A DNA stretch of 64,000 bases from an uncultured Clostridia bacterium (GTDB lineage: Bacteria; Bacillota; Clostridia; Christensenellales; UBA1242): NCBI GenBank assembly GCA_934778215.1, contig CAKVOE010000002.1, positions 105,829 through 169,828 on the forward strand. Direction: 5' to 3'. Positions 57,660 to 64,000 of the stretch are shown here, piece by piece. The translations under genes were made by a program, and so were the position numbers. Numbering within the stretch: position 1 is the first letter of the stretch; each line of letters starts with the position of its first letter. A model generated the notes under the pieces. That model had not been told where the DNA came from. It ran no database searches and was given only the letters and a program-made list of their open reading frames with translations.

Positions 57660-58916
57660 CTAGAACTGCTTATCTATTTCTATCTCAACTTCTAAATTGA
57701 TGTGTTTAATATATTCATCTCCATATTTTTGTATAAATTGCTTCCATTTTTTAGGGTTTTTGCTATACAACTCATCTCCTAAATGAAAGACGTCTGCATT
57801 AACCTTTTGTGCCAAATTGAAGGTGTTTTTAATCTCTTTTTTCATTTCTTCGATAATTTTATTTTCAACTTCTTTGGTCAAAAAATCTCTTTGAATATAA
57901 AGGGTGTCAATTCTTTCTCCCGACTCATTGTCAATTTCTATAACTTCATTTCTTGATGTATGCACCTTCATTTTGCAAACGGGTGTATTCCCTTCAAAAC
58001 GAGCATCTATATTTACACTTTTATCTCTTACAAAAACCGAAACCCGAGCATTGTCATAATACAAATTATCACTAACATTTTTTAGAGATATTATACCCGA
58101 AGAAGATTTTTTGTTGGCATAATTTAGCCCCTTTACCCCATTGTCTTCACTAAATTCAAAAACTTTGTTTCCGTTTTTAAAAAGATACACATTATTAAAA
58201 AAAGCAATTCTTTGTTTTGGCTTTTGTTCGCTAGAACCCGAACCGCCAGAGCCACCCGAGCCACCCGACTCGCCAGACCCGCCTTGCGACCCATTTTGTT
58301 CGTCTTTGCTTTCATCTTCAAACTTAATACCACTAATAATGCCAGTGCTACCAATTTTGTAGTAGTCATTTACAAAACGCTCTAACTGAATCATAGAGCC
58401 GTTCATAGACTGTTCTTTATATAGGTACAATTTTTGTATTTCTACGGCACTCGCAAGTTCTAACGCCTTTGTCTTTTTTAACTCTTCCTTAGACTCTCCA
58501 TCGCACACAAGCAACAAGCATGACGTAGGAATTCTTGCATCTCGTATAAAATAATCTATGGTAGGAATTGTTAAGTTATTATCTATAACACTCTTGCCAA
58601 AACAAACGGCATTTACATGCCCCATACCAGCGGTTTTGCCCAACAAAAAGGATACTTGATACATGGCTTCGGCAACTGTGTCTGCCTTAGATGAGATAAA
58701 GTCCAACCCCACAGACCCGCCCTCTGCGGTACTGCCATCACTAGGTCTTACGACCTGTGCGGTTACTTCATATTTTTCGTCACTAAAATCTACCCCTATT
58801 GCCGTTACAATAATTCGCATATTTAATTCCGATTGTATGTTTAGCGATTGCGGAACCAAAATTAAACTTATTATTAAAATTATTACCCAAAGGTATTTTT
58901 TTATAAAGTTTTTCAT
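57660..58916 (-). CDS. Ger(x)C-family spore germination protein (atypical: no lipobox Cys, with a Gly/Ser-rich insert)
   Basis: MRIIVTAIGVDFSDEKYEVTAQV is the GerxC N-domain signature. Third gene of the gerA-type operon, with an ATGA overlap with gerB. Confidence 0.75.
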   Translation of the reverse strand: MKNFIKKYLWVIILIISLILVPQSLNIQSELNMRIIVTAIGVDFSDEKYEVTAQVVRPSDGSTAEGGSVGLDFISSKADTVAEAMYQVSFLLGKTAGMGHVNAVCFGKSVIDNNLTIPTIDYFIRDARIPTSCLLLVCDGESKEELKKTKALELASAVEIQKLYLYKEQSMNGSMIQLERFVNDYYKIGSTGIISGIKFEDESKDEQNGSQGGSGESGGSGGSGGSGSSEQKPKQRIAFFNNVYLFKNGNKVFEFSEDNGVKGLNYANKKSSSGIISLKNVSDNLYYDNARVSVFVRDKSVNIDARFEGNTPVCKMKVHTSRNEVIEIDNESGERIDTLYIQRDFLTKEVENKIIEEMKKEIKNTFNLAQKVNADVFHLGDELYSKNPKKWKQFIQKYGDEYIKHINLEVEIEIDKQF

Positions 58917-60043
58917 ATTTCACACCTGCTTTTGTAATATACTTTTACGGGCAAACGCTTGTTTTTGCTTTTTTTCATCTCAATTGTTACCAAAACAAGC
59001 AAAAGCGTTAATATTACACAATTAATTGCAAACATTATATAGCAAATTACATTTCGAAAATAATTTGAGGCGTTATCCAAATTTTTAAATATGAAGTACT
59101 CTATAAAATAAATGCTTACTACCGAAACAAACTCTATAATATAATTCTTATCTACATTAAATATTTCGCTTATGCACTTTGTATAGGTGTAAACATAAAA
59201 TCCGCATGCCAATATTTTAGAAATAAACACAAACAACACCAAAAACCAATCAGGTCTACCAATGCCAAGCCCTATTAGTGAATATTGTGTTATTGCCGAA
59301 AGTGCATTTGCCTGATAATCTGACAAATACTCATTTATGCCATAAAAAAATAATATTTCTATAACGGCAATAGCTGCGGTAGATGCATACGCTAGCGACA
59401 ACTTTAATTTAGGAGATTTAGTAATTTTTACATTGCCAAACAGCATAGGAATAACCATAAAATCGCCTATCCACGGCTGGTATTTTAAAAAGTTTTTGGC
59501 ATACTCTCCCAAATCGCAATCTAAAATAGGCAAACAGTTAGAAAAATCTACATTTACAAAACCCAAAAGCAAACTTGCAAATATGCCAAAGCCAATTACA
59601 AATGAATACAACTCTGCCGACCGACCCAAACTGTTAAGCCCGCCAAACACCATCATCAAAAGCAATATTATCATAAGTACACTAAAATATTTCCACGGAA
59701 GTTTATCAAAAAGCACATTTGCAAAAAACTCGTGCGTTCCTTTGTAAGTAATTATGGTCTTAGACAAAAACAAAAGTATTAACAATACGCAAACAATAGA
59801 TTTGCCAATTTTGCCAATATGTTTTTCTAGCAACTCAAAGAGTGTAATATCTTTAAGTTTTGTTAAAAGGTTAATATAAATTATAGCAATTAAAAAATCT
59901 ATTGCAACCAAAAAAGCAAAAACTATCCACGAATCTCTGCCAAAATCTTCGGCAAGCAATGCGGGTAATCGCTGAAATTTTGTGCTTATAAAACACACAG
60001 CCAAAAGCATACACGCTTGGTTAGTTGTCAATTGTTTTTTCAT
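58913..60043 (-). CDS. GerAB/ArcD/ProY-family spore germination permease (Ger(x)B)
   Basis: 376 aa with about 10 TM helices. N-terminus LTTNQACMLLAVCFISTKF. Middle position in the operon. Confidence 0.8.
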   Translation of the reverse strand: MKKQLTTNQACMLLAVCFISTKFQRLPALLAEDFGRDSWIVFAFLVAIDFLIAIIYINLLTKLKDITLFELLEKHIGKIGKSIVCVLLILLFLSKTIITYKGTHEFFANVLFDKLPWKYFSVLMIILLLMMVFGGLNSLGRSAELYSFVIGFGIFASLLLGFVNVDFSNCLPILDCDLGEYAKNFLKYQPWIGDFMVIPMLFGNVKITKSPKLKLSLAYASTAAIAVIEILFFYGINEYLSDYQANALSAITQYSLIGLGIGRPDWFLVLFVFISKILACGFYVYTYTKCISEIFNVDKNYIIEFVSVVSIYFIEYFIFKNLDNASNYFRNVICYIMFAINCVILTLLLVLVTIEMKKSKNKRLPVKVYYKSRCEI

Positions 60044-61490
60044 ATTGTTTTTTACTCCTTGCGTTGTATCTGTTTTTCTGTCTTGTAGGGTTTATGTTTG
60101 GTATAGACTTTGGTCTTGTTAGCATTTTTGTAAGAGACGACATCAAAAAGCCGTCTTTTTTATCCCTTTTTATACTTGGTGCGTAAGGTGCAAAATAAGG
60201 CGTTCCATAAGAGTCAAAGGTCATAAGATAGGACGTTAATGAAATTAGTCCAAGTAGCATTCCATAAAACCCTGCTACGCCACCAATTACTGTAAAAAAC
60301 AATCGCAAAATAGAAGCCGTTGCCGTTTGATCGGGTACCATATAAAGCGTTATTCCGCTAATTGCAACCATAATAACGGACGGTGGAGAAATAATTCCCG
60401 CTTGCACCGCCGTATCGCCTAGCACCAACGCCCCAACAATGCTTAGTGCCATACCCAAATATTTGGGCATTCTTATGCTGGCTTCGTTTAATATCTCAAA
60501 CAAAAACAGCACAACCAATATCTCTATTAGCGGTGGAAATGAAAGGTCTTGAATGCTACTTTGTATAGATATTAAAAAATCTATCGGAAGTAGTGCAAAA
60601 TGAAAACTTTGAAGTGCAACATATATGCCCGGCAGAGTGATACTAATAATGTACCCCCAAAGCCTTAATAACCTTACAAAACTAGAATGCATTGGGTGAT
60701 TATAATAATCATCACTACTTTGAAAATCTTCTAACAAGGTAAATGGCAAAGTTAAAGCAAGTGGCGAGCCATCGGAAAAAATTACCACCCTGCCTTCTAA
60801 CAACTTGCTGGTTGCAACTTCGGGTTTTTCGGTGTTACCAACCTGTTTAAATAAAACGCTATGCTTTTGTTCGAGGTTGGCTTGCAGATAATAACTATCT
60901 ATTACGCCGTCAATTTCTATGCCCTTTAATTTCTGTTTAATCTTTTCTACAACGCTTTTTTCGGCAATGGTGCTAATGTACACCAAACACACCTTGCTTT
61001 GAGTATACTTACCCACCTTTATTTCTTCAATTTTTAAATCGGGTGTTTTTAACTTTCGCCTAATTAGACTTAAATTTGTAGCAATATCTTCTACAAATCC
61101 CTCTCGTGGACCTTTTAAAACCGCCGATGTAGGGGGTTCGGTTACCGCCCTTTTTTCGTAGCCTTGACAAGGACAACTTACACACTTGGTAGAGTCTTCA
61201 AAATATAACAACACAAACCCCGACAACAAATCGTTAAATATTTGCTTTTTGTTCTCTTGCTTTGTAGCCCCCACAATGTTGACGCTAGACAAAATATCAT
61301 CTTCACTAGAAACCTGTTGTGCTTTTTTTAATGCTTCAAAAATGTTACTGTTTGCTTGCGTCTTATTGATTAGATTTTCTATATAAGCATATTTTACCGT
61401 AGTTGAACCCTCTATTTTAATTTCGCCACTAACAAAGTCGCTGGCATCTTTAAATTTTTCATTTAAAATTTTTGATATTTTTTCTTCCAT
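60021..61490 (-). CDS. GerA-family spore germination protein (Ger(x)A)
   Basis: VTEPPTSAVLKGPREGFVEDIATNLSLIRRKL and the C-terminal TM bundle are characteristic. Start moved to MEEKISK because the longer track ORF runs through the upstream gene's terminator. Confidence 0.85.
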   Translation of the reverse strand: MEEKISKILNEKFKDASDFVSGEIKIEGSTTVKYAYIENLINKTQANSNIFEALKKAQQVSSEDDILSSVNIVGATKQENKKQIFNDLLSGFVLLYFEDSTKCVSCPCQGYEKRAVTEPPTSAVLKGPREGFVEDIATNLSLIRRKLKTPDLKIEEIKVGKYTQSKVCLVYISTIAEKSVVEKIKQKLKGIEIDGVIDSYYLQANLEQKHSVLFKQVGNTEKPEVATSKLLEGRVVIFSDGSPLALTLPFTLLEDFQSSDDYYNHPMHSSFVRLLRLWGYIISITLPGIYVALQSFHFALLPIDFLISIQSSIQDLSFPPLIEILVVLFLFEILNEASIRMPKYLGMALSIVGALVLGDTAVQAGIISPPSVIMVAISGITLYMVPDQTATASILRLFFTVIGGVAGFYGMLLGLISLTSYLMTFDSYGTPYFAPYAPSIKRDKKDGFLMSSLTKMLTRPKSIPNINPTRQKNRYNARSKKQYEKTIDN

Positions 61491-61573
61491 ACAACTATTG
61501 TGATTAATGTGTTTAATTTTTATGCCAAAAAACACCCAAAACAACCAACACAACCAAAAAATATTTTTGTAAA

Positions 61574-61610
61574 AATAAAAAAAGCCCAAAGGCAATTATC
61601 CTTTGAGGCT
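61574..61610 (-). terminator. Rho-independent terminator after the DUF11-repeat gene
   Basis: Minus strand: GCCTCAAAGG-ataattg-CCTTTGGGC followed by TTTTTTT. Confidence 0.65.
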
Positions 61611-61628
61611 CAAAAAATTTAATATGTA

Positions 61629-62453
61629 TTATACAAAATGTCCCGAAATTCCTACTATTGTACTGCTAGATGCCGGAACAATTATTTCGGGTCCTGAAGC
61701 AGACGGAATAACCAACACATTAGACCCCGACAATGTGTACTCGCTAGAATTTAGCGTGGTTTCCGCACCATTTCCCATTTTTAAACTAACCGAAGTTAGC
61801 ACAAAATTTGCGGGTAGGTTGTCGGTAATATTTGAAACTCCTGCATCTACACTGCCCGAATTTGAAATGGTTATATAATATCTAAAATTTTGGTTAGGCA
61901 CAACATCTGTTACACTAGCACTTTTTACAATATCAACAATAGATGCTTGCCCACGACTAACACTAGCGTTTGCATACCCCACCTTTGTACCACTAGCGGT
62001 GTAGCCAATACCCTGAACGGAATTAGTAATAGTTGTTACATTGCTAGGCAAGTTAAAAACAACCTGTGCTTTATAGGTCAAAGTCATACTTTCACCAACG
62101 GCAAGTTGTTGAAGGGTAAATGTTAACGGATTGGTTGCAATAGGGGTTACAGCATAACTTGTGTTAGATGTAGTTAGTTTGGCACTACCAACAACATACG
62201 CAAGACGGTTTCCTCCTAAATCATCAATAACTCTAACTCCATTAAAATAAGAATTTCCCGAATTTGTGATTGTAACAGTATAACTAATTATTGAACCTAC
62301 TGCAAAATTGGTAGGTTGAGCAATTTTTGAAAGCGTCATTCCACTATTCTCCTCTAAGTTTATGCCTAAAAAATTGGATTCTATTGTATTTGTTGACGTT
62401 TCTCCAACAAACGAATAGGTTAAAGTTGCAATATTATTTATTTGCGTTGCCAT
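61629..62453 (-). CDS. DUF11-type repeat protein (two beta-sandwich repeats), possibly a spore-surface component
   Basis: LSKIAQPTNFAVGSIISYTVTITNSGNSYFNGVRVIDDL and VKSASVTDVVPNQNFRYYITISNSGSVDAGVSNITDNL fit the DUF11 repeat pattern. The spore-surface role is context inference only. Confidence 0.5.
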   Translation of the reverse strand: MATQINNIATLTYSFVGETSTNTIESNFLGINLEENSGMTLSKIAQPTNFAVGSIISYTVTITNSGNSYFNGVRVIDDLGGNRLAYVVGSAKLTTSNTSYAVTPIATNPLTFTLQQLAVGESMTLTYKAQVVFNLPSNVTTITNSVQGIGYTASGTKVGYANASVSRGQASIVDIVKSASVTDVVPNQNFRYYITISNSGSVDAGVSNITDNLPANFVLTSVSLKMGNGAETTLNSSEYTLSGSNVLVIPSASGPEIIVPASSSTIVGISGHFV

Positions 62454-62616
62454 ATCTTCTCCTTATCAAAAAGTTAAGCGATAATCTTTCGCCACTTTAT
62501 ATTATGAAAAATTTTTAGGCTTTGTGAAAATAACGCCTCAACAAAAAAACATTAAGCAATTTTGTAATATACACCGCTTGATTAATGTTTTAATCCTTTT
62601 TTATTATATAATACGC

Positions 62617-63975
62617 CTACTTTTCGTTTTCGTCATTGCCAAAAATAGCTAATAGTAATTTTCTTTGTGCGGTCCTATCTTTTTTGTATTCCGCCCCAAA
62701 CTTTAATGCTTCTTGCGAAACCATCGCCCCCTGACCAAAATAATTTTTTGCCGCTTTTTTTACACTTTCAAAAAGCACCTCATCAGTTGTAGAATTTCGC
62801 TTAATTAAAGGCAATATATTATTCAAAATTTGTCGCATATCTTCAAAACTCAATTTGGTATTACACTCTTCCCTTTTGTTTTGCATATAACACAATAATT
62901 GTTGCTCATCTAAAATTTTACCATATTTGGCACCAAATATATTATATACCATACCAAGATTTTCCAAAATTCTACAAACCTCAATTTTTAGGTCTGACGT
63001 TCTGCTATTTGGCTCCAGACCCGCATCTTCACACGCTGTTTTGTACTTGCTTAAATTTTTATAAAAATCCTTTTTTGCTAACGCCAAACGCTCAGTAATT
63101 TGTGCTTTTGTTGCTTCATCTACATTTTTATCTATTTCAACTATCTCGTATGCTATTGCCTTTTCTATTGTTTGTCTTGGAAGGACATAATTAACCGACC
63201 CTTTAAAACTTTTCCTAATTTCTTCTACAACGGCTTTGCCTTTGGTTTTTAAAAGTTCTTCTGCTTTTTGCATTGTTGCATCATTATCCATTTTTACAAA
63301 AATGCTACTTGGTATAAAATAATTTCTCTGAATTTCTTGCTTTTCTTCGTCATCAAGCAAGGTTAACCCCATATTATTATCCGACTTTAATTCAACAGAT
63401 ACACGTGTTCCATCTATCATAAAGTTTTCAAAACACGGCTTGTTTTCTAGCACTGCATCGGCTTTGTTTTGGTAACTAAATCGGCTGTTAAAATTATTTG
63501 CATAATCGCCAATAGGCATCATAAAAAATGAAAATGTATTGCTAGTATTTTTCTTTATTTGTTCGGGTTTTCGTGCATCAAATGTCGGGTCAAAATCAAA
63601 ATAACCTTTAACCTTATACTTAGGGTCGTTTACATACGCCCTACAACTTGCATGGTAATTTACCTTGCCCGTTTTGGTATCTACCGATTTTAGCGTTACG
63701 ATGTCACACCTAACCCCAATCTGCGAACAAAGATTTTGAAAAATTTTTGCATATCCTACACATACAATTTCTTTATTGTTTAATACCGAAATTAAATCTC
63801 TGGTTTTTCCAGCCGATGTTTCGTCTGCCATATATGCACGGCTTGTTATGTATGAATAGCAAAGTGCCAATTTCTCAACAACCGAAAGTTGCTTTTGTGC
63901 TTTTACCTTTTTACTTAAAAGATTTACCTTGTTGTACGCAACTAACGCCTGTTTTAAAGAATACCTTTCTCTCAT
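62617..63975 (-). CDS. Transglutaminase-like (Cys-His-Asp core) protein; the N-terminus may extend beyond the right edge
   Basis: VCVGYAKIF (Cys), NYHASCRAYV (His) and FDFDPTFD (Asp) have transglutaminase-core spacing. There is no in-frame stop between the ATG at 63975 and the window end. Confidence 0.5.
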   Translation of the reverse strand: MRERYSLKQALVAYNKVNLLSKKVKAQKQLSVVEKLALCYSYITSRAYMADETSAGKTRDLISVLNNKEIVCVGYAKIFQNLCSQIGVRCDIVTLKSVDTKTGKVNYHASCRAYVNDPKYKVKGYFDFDPTFDARKPEQIKKNTSNTFSFFMMPIGDYANNFNSRFSYQNKADAVLENKPCFENFMIDGTRVSVELKSDNNMGLTLLDDEEKQEIQRNYFIPSSIFVKMDNDATMQKAEELLKTKGKAVVEEIRKSFKGSVNYVLPRQTIEKAIAYEIVEIDKNVDEATKAQITERLALAKKDFYKNLSKYKTACEDAGLEPNSRTSDLKIEVCRILENLGMVYNIFGAKYGKILDEQQLLCYMQNKREECNTKLSFEDMRQILNNILPLIKRNSTTDEVLFESVKKAAKNYFGQGAMVSQEALKFGAEYKKDRTAQRKLLLAIFGNDENEK

Positions 63976-64000
63976 ATTTTGTTCACGAAAATTTACACTT

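Noticed and set aside
61491-61595. N-terminal extensions of track ORFs, for example gerA to 61595, ABC exporter to 11922, MBL from 9118, 34417, 43110, HIT to 15043, and rnhA to 49469.
   Set aside because: The extensions run through terminators or promoters or overlap upstream genes, and they use weak or alternative starts. Internal ATGs with good SD sequences fit the family N-termini.

Overview
AT-rich, low-GC Firmicutes/Clostridia-like chromosome segment from a spore former. It is densely coded and mostly on the minus strand. The core genes I recognise with confidence are a cadC/arsR-type repressor with a P1B heavy-metal ATPase (partial at the left edge), ywlE-like phosphatase with rpiB, ung, an rlmCD/rumA-type methyltransferase, fhs, gltX, leuS, sepF, groES-groEL, rnhA, dut, rpsF-ssb-rpsR, tex, a P-type cation ATPase, acpP, and a gerA-gerB-gerC germinant-receptor operon. 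There are four tRNAs: Val-TAC, Thr-CGT, Ala-TGC and Ile-GAT. No rRNA, CRISPR array, transposase or integrase was found. The parts I consider most worth a second look are these. (1) A 2.55-kb cassette at about 9.73-12.34 kb is bounded by a duplicated 3' end of the MBL-hydrolase gene. It carries a strongly signalled 23-codon ORF, a terminator, an ABC exporter and a 190-nt multi-hairpin element. (2) Two and a bit tandem copies of a 162-bp GC-rich structured unit lie just downstream of tRNA-Ala/tRNA-Ile (36.20-36.57 kb) and share 12 nt with tRNA-Ile. (3) A Fic-family protein has its catalytic His replaced by Tyr. (4) A small accessory island lies between rumA and fhs (24.4-27.7 kb). (5) Two large orphan proteins lie between leuS and sepF (41.8-45.6 kb). 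(6) An SPFH/YdjI-like membrane module with zinc-ribbon partners lies at 5.3-8.9 kb. All family assignments come from motif recognition by eye; no database search was possible.
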